64,000 nt of DNA from Daphnia carinata (lineage: Eukaryota). The DNA is taken from assembly GCF_022539665.2 (NCBI RefSeq), contig NC_081333.1, positions 7,626,001-7,690,000 of the forward strand, read 5' to 3'. Of this stretch, positions 30,411-43,442 are shown in pieces. Numbering within the stretch: the stretch's first letter is position 1; each line of letters opens with the position of its first letter. The notes beneath the pieces were generated by a model that was not told where the DNA came from, did no database searches, and was given only the letters and a program-made list of their open reading frames with translations. The position numbers and the translations under genes are program-made.

Positions 30411-30671
30411 CCATAATTACTAATTTACTATTATTATGTATTACGACATATTGTATTTTAAAAACTTTATTAAAAATTTTATAATTAAAATAGAAACATT
30501 CAAGGATTTAGACAGTTAACTTCGATTTTTCATTTTAAAATAATACTATTGTTAACGTTGCTTTAGCAAGCTGCTTGACTCGGCAAATTTTTGACGGCAA
30601 AATTTTTTGCTGTGAAGTGTTAACGCGACAGGGTTGAAAAGACATCGAATACCACCTTCAAGTTTTGGTGA

Positions 30672-31749
<1,078 letters not shown>

Positions 31750-33248
31750 CTCTTGAAATGCTATGAATTTGTGATGCTGCATCGCAAACCGATACAAATA
31801 AACCATGGGCTAATTCGAACCGTAAGATATTAAATCCAACTTGCATCATTGAAAGCTGTGATGGTAGTGAAATCACAAGCAACTTACATATTTTTATTGT
31901 TTTATTCTTCTCTTTGTTGGTACTTTTTGCATTGGCCAGGTTCAGGTTCATTAATAGACTTATAGGCTGGCATACCCCTGTAGAACGAGCCACACAAGTA
32001 TGCTGGATTACTAGGAATTATTTGAACCATATCCATCTGCTTTATACCCATTGCATTTTCACAAGAATCAAAGAAATGTTACATATGTGTATATATACAT
32101 ATATTCATTCTTTGGTTATCTGTTTTCACCTATAGCAGATGAAATCCATGTTGAAATAACGTTCTCAAATCATCAATCGCACCATTGGCTTTCAATTTAG
32201 ACAAGTAGTACCTGACATTTTATAATGCTTCTGCTCTTCGTAACCCAAGCAAAATTTCTAGGCTACATTTTTCTTATCAAAATCCACTAGGGTTTTTGGT
32301 GTTAATTTCTTTTGGGAAACATAAACGATGACATCCCTGTAGCACAGAACCGTTGGATAGAAAAGTAATACTCAAGTTCACAATAGGCGAAAGATTTGTT
32401 TCACAATTTAACAATCAAATTTCTTTCAAGTATGAAATGTGATAGCACCTTGAACCTAGCAAGCGTCCTAGAGTTGAGATACATTGATCTGTAGGGTACC
32501 GTTAACAAGTTGAGGTTTGCGTTTGTTAGTTAAAATTACGTAAGATTTAATGTGGATTTTCAGGAGTATTTTGTGCATCAGGAGTACTCTGTGATGATGT
32601 TTTTTAAGGCAGTGGATCATGTTTTGGAGCATCTATGGTATGTGCGAGAAAGGAAATCATCACTTATAATTAATCACTCTTCATACTATGTTAGCACAAA
32701 GAGCTGTTGGAAACTGGTTTCATTTATATTTTTACTTAAATCTAGTCGTGTATCGACTAGGCTTAAAATTTTGTCCTATTAAAAAATAATATCATTAAAT
32801 CCAGATAACTATATATGATTCTGATTCAAAATTAACCAAGGAACACGAAAATGGAATTTGTTTTTACGTAGAGTTTATAGTTTTGGAATAATATAAAATA
32901 TAAAATTAGTGTGTGCGCGAATCGAAACCATTACTAGCGCGCCAGTACGCTACAGCACTAGCGTGACGCATCAAGCTTCTTTGATTAACCAAAAACCATA
33001 AACACGGATTGCCATATGCATATGGCATATGAATATGGCATATGACAATCCGTTTTACACAAAAAAAAAAAAAAATTTCGCCAAAAAAAAAAAAAAAATC
33101 ACACTTTTTTTTTTTCCGACACGTAGCCATCTACCGCTCAGACTCGTTATTACTGGCGTAGGCAATTTCAGTCCATTGGATGCCATTCGCAGTTAGTTCA
33201 GTAGCGTGGATGGAGAGAATAACGCGGGGCTGGAGGAAGAATTGAAAA

Positions 33249-34640
33249 ATGGATAAGATAATACGACAAAAGGATGGTAAGTATAAACATTATTATATTG
33301 GTTTTCAATTATTAATTACTGTTTATTAGATCAAATTATGAAGCTGCAGGCCCAATTATTGGAACAACACAAAATATTAGATAACAGCAAAGCTAAGGAT
33401 GGTAAGGCCTAATACGTAATGATTCTATTTATTTGCTTTTATTCATTTGTGTTTTGTAGCTCAAATTTTGAGTCTACAAGCTCAGCTAGGGGAAAAGAAC
33501 AAATTGGAACGGAACAGTTTCCAAACAGTGAAGGAGGTTTTTCCAAACTCATCTCTAACTGAACATGAGGATGAATTGGCATTAGGCAAATACAGTCAGG
33601 TACCTAAACTTTTCAAATAAGAATTCAAAATAAGTATAGAATTTTAACAAACAATAATTTATTGTTTAGTTATTCAGTCTACCACCTGACAGTGTGTTAA
33701 ATTTAAATTCTGTTAGTGCTGCACTAAAAAAATTGTTAATAATAAGTCCATGCAGCAAAGGAAGTGAACAATTGTGGGACCGTATTTGGGCTGCAAATGG
33801 GTGTTGTACGGAAACCCAGAAATAGCACGAGTTCAACATAAAACATGAATTAGGTACTTTTCGGTTTTTTGTCTATCGAAAAATTATTTTTAATGCTATT
33901 ATTTTGCGTTCACAGAATTTTAGTGGGGGATCAAGTCAAGTCTGGAAGTGTTACAGGATGCAGGAGTGAGCCTACAGATGAAAAAACACTGAGAGTGCAT
34001 TACCGTAAGGTGTGAGGTAAATTAATAGAGTAATGCAAATTGCCTAATGAGAAGTACCATCTTGTGTTAAAGAATCCAGTACAACAGCAATCCTTTATAG
34101 TTCTGTCACAGCTAGAAGCCTCAAATAATTCTGCTTCTATTGCTAAAGAACAACTTGTCCTTTACGTTCAGAGTGTTGGTGAAGCTGGTACTTAAATGGC
34201 CCTAAAGATGTTTCATTTCGTTGGCATTGCAGCGAAGAACATCATACATGGAATTTTTAGGTATGAAAAGAATTTTCTTGAAAATTTTTTGAATTTATGA
34301 CAAAGCATTTCTCCTGCTCTTTGCCAACCATGTCTAATCTAAAAAAAAATTTATCCAATAGGAAAGGATTTTCAGCATACTGGGAACACAACTATCAACA
34401 ATGCAACATTCTAGGGGAGCTATTTTATCATCCAATAGCCTTATACAATGATTTTCATCTGCAATTTGTATGGCCTTTCCCAAGCTTCTGCCAGAAGTTG
34501 AATCTATAAGTCATGTAAGTCACATAAGCAACAATTGAGATGCTTAATGGTGTTGTTTTTCTTTTCTCAGCATAGGTTAATAGTAACATTGGATCTGAAA
34601 AGATTCTTGGTTGGGGCAAGACACTGAATAAATTGTATTG
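33249..34640 (+). pseudogene. Decayed multi-exon gene in arm 1 (copies in all four arms, each pointing inward)
   Basis: ATG GAT AAG... followed by in-phase GT-AG exons MDKIIRQKD|DQIMKLQAQLLEQHKILDNSKAKD|AQILSLQAQLGEKNK...|LFSLPPDSVLNL..., then premature stops and frameshifts that differ between arms. Confidence 0.6.
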
Positions 34641-35331
34641 ATTCGATGGATGACATGACATTTCTATACTTAATTCGGATTCCCCAGACGGTATTTGATA
34701 TTTAAAAAATTGAAGTGCATATCTGGGCTCCCTTCCTTTCCGTAGCCCCGTTTCCCCTTGACTCGTAATAAGCCCGTAGGGGGTCATGCCCCTACTGTAC
34801 GGTATATATAAAAACAACATATACCGAGGTTTGGAGGGCTCTGGCCGGAAAGGGGACGTGGGGTGCCGCTTCGTCCGATGATGTGTTCACGGAGGGTGAC
34901 GTGGCTGCCCACAAATCCGAATTAAAGGTTAATCGCTCCTGTAAAAATGTTCCAAATCTTCAGCTCTTCTTCCGGCTTCTCTTAGCCAATCACCGGGTAA
35001 TCTCCCCGGTGGGTCAACAAGGCAGTGTCTCCCCCTGCCTGGGTTGACGGCAACTTTTGAAAGGGCTATTATGCCTTTTTAAAGTTGCAAAAATAATTGT
35101 AATGTGCAGAGAATTGTCAATAAAATTTTTTTTATAAAATATTTTATCCAAAATTTGTTTCTTTCATTGTCTGTGTTAGCCTGTTGATGGTAAGCATTGT
35201 TTCCATTGGTTTATCGTTTATCTGTAAGTATTCAATTATTATTTATTACACTATTTGAATTTTTCCACTTAGATTCAAGGAACAACATGTAATATCTGGA
35301 TATTTTTTGAAGTAGTTTTGTACTTTGTTTT

Positions 35332-35401
35332 ACCCGTATGGGAATCGATCCCCAGACATTCAGCGTGCAACGCCGATGCTCTAACATTGAGCCACGAGAT
35401 A
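35332..35401 (-). pseudogene. tRNA-derived unit t1 (Ala-TGC-like anticodon arm); copy at ~40698-40766 (+)
   Basis: A-box-like TGGCTCAATG, anticodon stem TCGGC/GCTGA with loop GTTGCAC, and B-box-like GGATCGATTCC. Confidence 0.6.
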
Positions 35402-35497
35402 TATTTAAATATTTTATTATCGCATATTATATGTTATCGTCTAGGATGTTAATGCAGTCTTTCACAAGTATATGTTTATCTTTCTATTTTTTTCATA

Positions 35498-35568
35498 AGG
35501 TTCATAGCTCTGTGGTAGAGCCTTCAGTTACGATACCTGTTACCCTGGGATCAAACCTCAGTAGATGT
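35498..35568 (+). pseudogene. Degenerate tRNA-derived unit t2; copy at ~40533-40601 (-)
   Basis: TAGCTCTGTGGTAGAGC D-arm and CTGGGATCAAACCTCAG T-arm. The second copy has GGTTCAAACC. Confidence 0.5.
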
Positions 35569-35684
35569 GTAAAAATGAAGTAGAATAAATGTAGAAGAGT
35601 ATATTGCAGAATTGCATTTCCTTTTTATTCTAAGTGTAAATGCAAGTCCACAGGTAACTAGAAAAAAGCCAACTTGACATCATA

Positions 35685-35756
35685 TAATTCATGGCTCATT
35701 GGTAGAGCATCGGCGCGGTATGCCGAACATCCAGGGTTCGATCCCTGGATAATAAT
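35685..35756 (+). pseudogene. tRNA-derived unit t3; copy at ~40350-40416 (-)
   Basis: A box TGGCTCATTGG, stem TCGGC/GCCGA, and intact B box/T-arm CAGGGTTCGATCCCTG. The acceptor stem is poor. Confidence 0.6.
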
Positions 35757-38082
35757 AGAATACTAACATATAAACGATAAACCAATGGAAACAATGCTTA
35801 CCATCAAAGGTGACAAAAACAAATAATGCGAAGAAAAAAAAAGAAATTGATAAATGTAATGTGTGAACACGGACAATGAAAGAAACAAATTTTGGATAAA
35901 ATATTTTATAAAAAAAATTTTATTGACAATTCTCTGCACATTGCAATTATTTTTGCAACTTTGAAAAGGCATAATAGCCCTTTCAAAAGTTGCCGTCAAC
36001 CCAGGCAGGGGGAGACACTGCCTTGTTGACCCACCGGGGAGATTACCCGGTGATTGGCTAAGAGAAGCCGGAAGAAGAGCTGAAGATTTGGAACATTTTT
36101 ACAGGAGCGATTAACCTTTAGTTCGGATTTGTGGGTAGCCACATCGCCCTCCGTGAACACATCATCGGACTAAGCGGCACCCCACGTCCCCTTTCCGGCC
36201 AGAGCCCTCCAAACCTCGGTATATGTTGTTTTTATATATACCGTACAGTAGGGGCATGACCCCCTACGGGCTTATTACGAGTCAAGGGGAAACGGGGCTT
36301 CAGAAAAGAAGGGAGCCCAGATATGCACTTCAATTTTTTTAATATCAAATACCGTCTGGGGAATCCGAATTAAGTATAGAAATGTCATGTCATCCATCCA
36401 ATCAATACAATTTATTCAGTGTCTTGCCCCAACCAAGAATTTTTTCAGATCCAATGTTACTATTAACCTATATTAAGAAAAGAAAAACAACACCGTTAAA
36501 CATATCAACTGTTGATCATGTAACTTACATGACTCATAGTTTCAACTTCTGGTGGAAGCTTGGGAAAGGACATACAAATTGCAGATTAACATCATTGTAT
36601 AAGGCTCTTGAATGATAAACTAGCACCTGTACAATGTTGCATTGTTGATAGTTGTGTTCCCAGTACATGAAAATCCTTTCCTATTGGATAAAATTTTTTT
36701 TGGTAGATTAGACCTGGTTGGCAAAAAGGAGGAGAAATTCTTCGTCATAAATTCAAAATTATTTGAAGAAAAATCCTTTCATACCTAAAGAGTCCATGTA
36801 TGATGTTCATCTCTGCAATGGCAGCAAAATTAAAACATCTTTAGGGCCATTTAAGTACCCAGTTTCCCCAACACTCTGAATGTAAAGGACAAGTTGTTCT
36901 TTAGACAGAGAAGCAGAATTATTTGAGGTTTCTAGCTGTGACAGAACTATAAAGGATTGCTGTTGTACTGGATTTATTAACACAAGATGGTACTTCTCTG
37001 GATTATTTCATGTTTGGCTGAAACTAGGATTAATCTTTTGAATTGTTAATAAAATAAACACATTAGACAATGTGCATACTCGATTACTTTACCTCATACC
37101 TTAATGGTAATGCACTCTCAGTGTTTTTTCATCTGTAGGCTGACTCTTCCATCCTGTAACACTTCCAGACTTGATTTGATCCCCCATTAAATTCTGTGAA
37201 TGCAAAATAATAGCATTAAAAATACTTTTTCAAAAGACATAAAACCGAAAAGTACCTAATCCATGTTTCATGTTGAACTCGTGCCATATCTTGGTTTCCG
37301 TACCACACCCATTTTCGGCCCAAATACGGTCCCACAATTGTTCACTTCCTTCACTGCATGGGCTTATTACTAACGATTCTTTTTGTGCAGCACTAACAGA
37401 ATTTAAATTTAACACACTGTCAGGTGGTAGACTGAATAACTGAACAATAAATAATTGTTTGTTAAAATTCTATACTTATTTTGAATTCTTATTTGAAAAG
37501 TTTAGGTACCTGACTGTGTTCGCCTAATGCCAATTCATCCTCATGTTCAGTTAGGTTTGAGTTTGGAAAAACCTCCTTCACTGTTTGGAAGCTGTTCCGT
37601 TCCAATTTGTTCTTTTCCCCTAGCTGAGCTTGTAGACTCAAACTTTGAGCTACAAAACACAAATGAATAAAAGCAAATAAATAGAATCATTATGTATTAG
37701 GCCTTACCATCCTTAGCTTTGCTGTTATCTAATATTTTGTGCTGTTGCAATAATTGAGCCTGCAGGTCCATAATTTGATCTAACAATAATTAATAATTCA
37801 AAACAAATATAATAATGTTTATACTTACCATCCTTTTGTTGTATTATCTTATCCATTTTTCAATTGTTCCTCCAGCCACGCGTTATTCTCCATCCACGCT
37901 ACTGAACTAACTGCGAATGGCATCCAATGGAATGAAATTGCCTACGCCAGAAATAATGAGTCTGAGCGGTAGATGGCTACGTGTCGGAAAAAAAGAAAAA
38001 AGTGCGATTTTTTATTTTTTTTCCACCATTTTTTTTTTTTTTTTTTTTATGTAAAACGGATTGCCAAATGCCAAAGTAATAT

Positions 38083-41000
38083 GGCAATCCCCGTTTTACA
38101 TAAAAAAAAAAAAAAAAATGGCGGAAAAAAAAAAAACGCACTTTTTTCTCTTTTTTCTACCCGTAGCCATCTATCAGTCGGTTTCGTTATTACAGGCATG
38201 TAAGTAATTTCAGTTAATTGTATCCCATTAGCAGTTAATTGAGTAGCGTGGCTGGAGAACAACGCGTGGCTGGACTGCTGGAGGAGCAATTGAAAAATGG
38301 ATAAAATAATACAACAAAAGGATGGTAAGTATAAATATTATTAGTTTGGTTTTCAATTATTAATTATTGTTTATTAGATCAAATTATGAAGCTGCAGGCC
38401 CAGTTATTGGAACAACACAAAATATTAGATAACAAAGCTAAGGATCGTAGGCCTAACACGTAATGATTCTATTTATTTGCTTTTATTCATTCGTGTTTTG
38501 TAGCTCAAATTTTGAGTCTTCAAGCTCAGCTAGGGGAAAAGAACAAATTGGAATGGAACAGTTTCCAAACAGTGAAGGAGGTTTTTCCAAACTCATCCCT
38601 AACTGAACATGAGGATGAATTGGCATTAGGCGAACACAGTCAGATACCTAAACTTTTCAAATAAGAATTCAAAATAAGTATAGAATTTTAAAAAACAATT
38701 ATTTATTGCTTAGTTATTCAGTCCACCACCTGACAGTGTGTTAAATTTAAATTCTGTTAGTGCTGCACTAAAAGAATCGTTAGTAATAAGCTCATGCAGT
38801 GAAGGAACTGAACAATTGTGGGACCGTATTTGGGCCGAAAATGGGTGTGGTACAGAAACCCAGAAATGGCACAAGTTCAACATGAAACATGGATTAGTTA
38901 CTTTTCGGTTTTTTGTCTATCGAAAAAGTATTTTTAATGCTATTATTTTCCATTCACAGATTTTAACGGGGGATCAAATCAAGTCTGGAAGTGTTACAGG
39001 ATGGACGAGTGAGCCTACAGATGAAAAAAACACTGAGAGTGCATTACCGTAAGGTGTGAGGTAAATTAATAGAGTAATGCAAATTGCCTAATGAGAAGTA
39101 CCATCTTGTGTTAATGAATCCAGTACAACAGCAATCCTTTATAGTTCTGTCACAGCTAGAAGCCTCAAATAATTCTGCTTCTCTGTCTAAAGAACAACTT
39201 GTCCTTTACGTTCAGAGTGTTGGGAAAACTGGGTACTTAAATGGCCCTAAAGATGTTTTAATTTTGCTGCTATTGCAGAGATGAACATCATACATGGACT
39301 CTTTAGGTATGAAAGGATTTTTCTTCAAATAATTTTGAATTTATGACGAAGAATTTCTCCTCCTTTTTGCCAACCAGGTCTTATCTACCAAAAAAAATTT
39401 AACCAATAGGAAAGGATTTTCATGTATTGGGAACACAACTATCAACAATGCAACATTCTACAGGTGCTAGTTTATCATTCAAGAGCCTTATACAATGAAG
39501 TTAATCTGCAATTTGTATGTCCTTTCCCAAGCTTCCACCAGAAGTTGAATCTATAAGTCATGTAAGTCACATGAGCAACAATCAATATGTTTAATGGTGT
39601 TGTTTTTCTTTTCTCAATATAGGTTAATAGTAACATTGGATCTGAAAAGATTCTTGGTTGGGGCAAGACACTGAATAAATTGTATTGATTGGATGGATGA
39701 CATGACATTGCTATACTTAATTCGGATTCCCCAGACGGTATTTGATATTAAAAAAATTGAAGTGCATATCTGGGCTCCCTTCTTTTCTGAAGCCCCGTTT
39801 CCCCTTGACTCATAATAAGCCCGTAGGGGGTCATGCCCCTACTGTACGGTATATATAAAAACAACATATACCGAGGTTTGGAGGGCTCTGGCCGGAAAGG
39901 GGACGTGGGGTGCCGCTTCGTCCGATGATGTGTTCACGGAGGGTGACGTGGCTGCCCACAAATCCGAACTAAAGGTTAATCGCTCCTGTAAAAATGTTCC
40001 AAATCTTCAGCTCTTCTTCCGGCTTCTCTTAGCCAATCACCGGGTAATCTCCCCGGTGGGTCAACAAGGCAGTGTCTCCCCCTGCCTGGGTTGACGGCAA
40101 CTTTTGAAAGGGCTATTGTGCCTTTTTAAAGTTGCAAAAATAATTGTAATGTGCAGGGAATTGTCAATAAAAAATTTTTATAAAATGTTTTTTTGCAAAA
40201 TTTGTTTCTTTCATTGTCTGTGTTCATACATTACATTTATCAACTTTTTTTTTTATTTAGCTTGCTCATTTCACCTTTACTGTTTATGCCACCTTTGATG
40301 ATAGGCATTGTTTCCATTGGTTTGTCGTTTATCTGTAAGCATTCATTTATTATTCAGGGATCGAACCCTGGATGTTCGGCATACGGCGCCGATGCTTTAC
40401 CAATGAGCCATGAATCATTTAATGTCAAGTTGGCTTTTTTCTAGTCACTTGCGGACTTGCATTTACACTTTGAATAAAGCTGAAATGCAATACTGCAATA
40501 TTATTTTCTACATTTAGATATAGATCTTTTTACATCTACTAAGGTTTGAACCCAGGGTAACAGTTATCGCAGCTGAATGCTCTACCACAGAGCTATGGAA
40601 CTTAAGAAAGAAATAGAAAGATAAACATATAGTTGTGAAAGATGCATAAACATCCTAGACGATAACATATGATATGCGATAATAAAAAATTTAAATATAT
40701 CTCGTGGCTCAATGTTAGAGCATCGGCGTTGCACGCTGAATGTCTGGGGATCGATTCCCATGCCAGTAAAACAATATACAAATACAAAATTACTTCAGAA
40801 AATATCCATGTATTAGTGTAATAAATAATAATTGAATACTTACAGATAAACGATACAACGGTGGCAAAAACAATAAAGATGAATTGAGCAAGCTAAATAA
40901 AAAAAAAGTTGATAAATGTAATGTGTGAACAAAGCTAACACAGACAATGAAAGAAAAAAATTTTGCAAAAAACATTTTATAAAAAAAAATTTATTGACAA

Positions 41001-43070
41001 TTCTCTGCACATTACAATTATTTTTGCAACTTTAAAAAGGCACAATAGCCCTTTCAAAAGTTGCCGTCAACCCAGGCAGGGGGAGACACTGCCTTGTTGA
41101 CCCACCGGGGAGATTACCCGGTGATTGGCTAAGAGAAGCCGGAAGAAGAGCTGAAGATTTGGAACATTTTTACAGGAGCGATTAACCTTTAATTCGGATT
41201 TGTGGGCAGCCACGTCACCCTCCGTGAACACATCATCGGACGAAGCGGCACCCCACGTCCCCTTTCCGGCCAGAGCCCTCCAAACCTCGGTATATGTTGT
41301 TTTTATATATACCGTACAGTAGGGGCATGACCCCCTACGGGCTTATTATGAGTCAAGGGGAAACGGGGCTTCAGAAAAGAAGGGAGCCCAGATATGCACT
41401 TCAATTTTTTTAATATCAAATACCGTCTGGGGAATCCGAATTAAGTATAGCAATGTCATGTCATCCATCCAATCAATACAATTTATTCAGTGTCTTGCCC
41501 CAACCAAGAATCTTTTCAGATCCAATGTTACTATTAACCTATATTGAGAAAAGAAAAACAACACCGTTAAACACATCAATTGTTGATCATGGAACTTACA
41601 TGACTCATAGATTCAACTTCTGGTGGAAGCTTGGGAAAGGACATACAAATTGCAGATTAACTTCATTGTATAAGGCTCTTGAATGATAAACTAGCACCTG
41701 TAGAATGTTGCATTGTTGATAGTTGTGTTCCCAGTACATGAAAATCCTTTCCTATTGGATAAAATTTTTTTTGGTAGATAAGACCTGGTTGGCAAAAGGA
41801 GGAGAAATTCTTCGTCATAAATTCAAAATTATTTGAAGAAAAATCCTTTCATACCTAAAGAGTCCATGTATGATGTTCATCTCTGCAATAGCAGCAAAAT
41901 TAAAACATCTTTAGGGCCATTTAAGTACCCAGTTTCCCCAACACTCTGAACGTAAAGGACAAGTTGTTCTTTAGACAGAGAAGCAGAATTATTTGAGGCT
42001 TCTAGCTGTGACAGAACTATAAAGGATTGCTGTTGTACTGGATTCTTTAACACAAGATGGTACTTCTCATTAGGCAATTTGCATTACTCTATTAATTTAC
42101 CTCACACCTTACGGTAATGCACTCTCAGTGTTTTTTCATCTGTAGGCTCACTCTTCCATCCTGTAACACTTCCAGACTTGATTTGATCCCCGTTAAAATC
42201 TGTGAATGCAAAATAATAGCATTAAAAATACTTTTTCGATAGACAAAAAACCGAAAAGTACCTAATCCATGTTTCATGTTGAACTCGTGCCATTTCTGGG
42301 TTTCTGTACCACACCCATTTTCGGCCCAAATACGTTCCCACAATTGTTCAGTTCCTTCACTGCATGAGCTTATTACTAACGATTCCTTTAGTGCAGCACT
42401 AACAGAATTTAAATTTAACACACTGTGATGTGGTGGACTGAATAACTAAGCAATAAATAACTGTTTTTTAAAATTCTATACTTATTTTGAATTCTTATTT
42501 GAAAAGTTTAGGTACCTGGCTGTGTTCGCCTAATGCCAACTCATCCTCACGTTCAGTTACAGATGAGTTTTGAAAAACCTCCTTCACTGTTTGGAAACTG
42601 TTCCGTTCCAATTTGTTCTTTTCCCCTAGCTGAGCTTGAAGACTCAAAATTTGAGCTACAAAACACGAATGAATAAAAGCAAATGAATAGAATCATTACG
42701 TGTTAGGCCTACGATCCTTAGCTTTGTTATCTAATATTTTGTGTTGTTCCAATAACTGGGCCTGCAGCTTCATAATTTGATCTAATAAACAATAATTAAT
42801 AATTGAAAACCAATATAATAATGTTTATACTTACCATTTTTTTGTTTTATTATCTTATCCATTTTTCAATTGTTCCTCCAGCCACGCGTTGTTCTCCAGC
42901 CACGCTACTCAATTAACTGCTAATGGGATACAATTAACTGAAATTGCTTACATGCCTGTAATAACGAAACCGACTGATAGATGGCTACGGGTAGAAAAAA
43001 GAGAAAAAAGTGCGTTTTTTTTTTTTTTTCCGCCATTTTTTTTTTTTTTTTTATGTAAAAACGGATTGCC
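38083..43070. mobile_element. Foldback-type element 2: inverted arms (38083-40344 and 40834-43070), loop inverted relative to element 1
   Basis: Same arm sequence as element 1. Peptides repeated in the ORF track (MSCHPSNQYNL..., MLNLNSVSAA..., MPNEKYHLVL...) occur on alternating strands. Confidence 0.8.
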
Positions 43071-43442
43071 ATATAAAACGGATTGCCATGTATGCATGAC
43101 CCCAGCGCATTGCTAACGTTTTTTCGCACATCGAGTGGTCCAACAGGCAGCGTCGTTTAGCGGTGACATTTTAAACCTTTCTATCATCCTAATAACCGTG
43201 TGAGAATTTGGAATTAAACTCGTATATGGTTGCAAATCGCTGGTGGTTATGGCATTTTCTTTCCACGTGTTGATTCCGGGTTTAGTTTAATTCTCCTATA
43301 TTAGATATTTGGTTGTTGTGGAAATACGTCACTAAATGTTGCAATTGACATTCTAACAGACAATTAAAACCCTAAGAAGATTTTTGCTCTAGTAATTGTT
43401 GTTTTCCAAAGAATTTATAGGAAAAGGTTATGTGTTTCTAGA

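Larger units (their letters stand above)
33044..38065. mobile_element. Foldback-type element 1: ~2.2-2.3-kb inverted arms (33044-35233 and 35758-38065) around a ~520-bp loop
   Basis: The arms are reverse complements with scattered substitutions and indels. Termini are G(G/A)CAATCCGTTTTAC...GTAAAACGGATTGCC. No intact transposase is visible. Confidence 0.8.

Noticed and set aside
31900..32640. Possible exons between PSMA7 and the palindrome
   Set aside because: Splice phases are inconsistent and the product is not recognisable.
34455..34820. Repeated ORF ...MSCHPSNQYNL... treated as a real gene
   Set aside because: It is antisense to the decayed spliced gene, and it recurs only because the arm is repeated.
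34840..34915. Hammerhead or HDV-like ribozyme in the hairpin cluster (GGACGAAGC, CACGTCCCC on the minus strand)
   Set aside because: The CUGAnGA core is absent and I could not build the HDV double pseudoknot by eye.
35332..35756. Functional tRNA genes
   Set aside because: Anticodon loops start with G, and some lack U33 or a purine at 37. Acceptor stems are weak, so these were called tRNA-derived.
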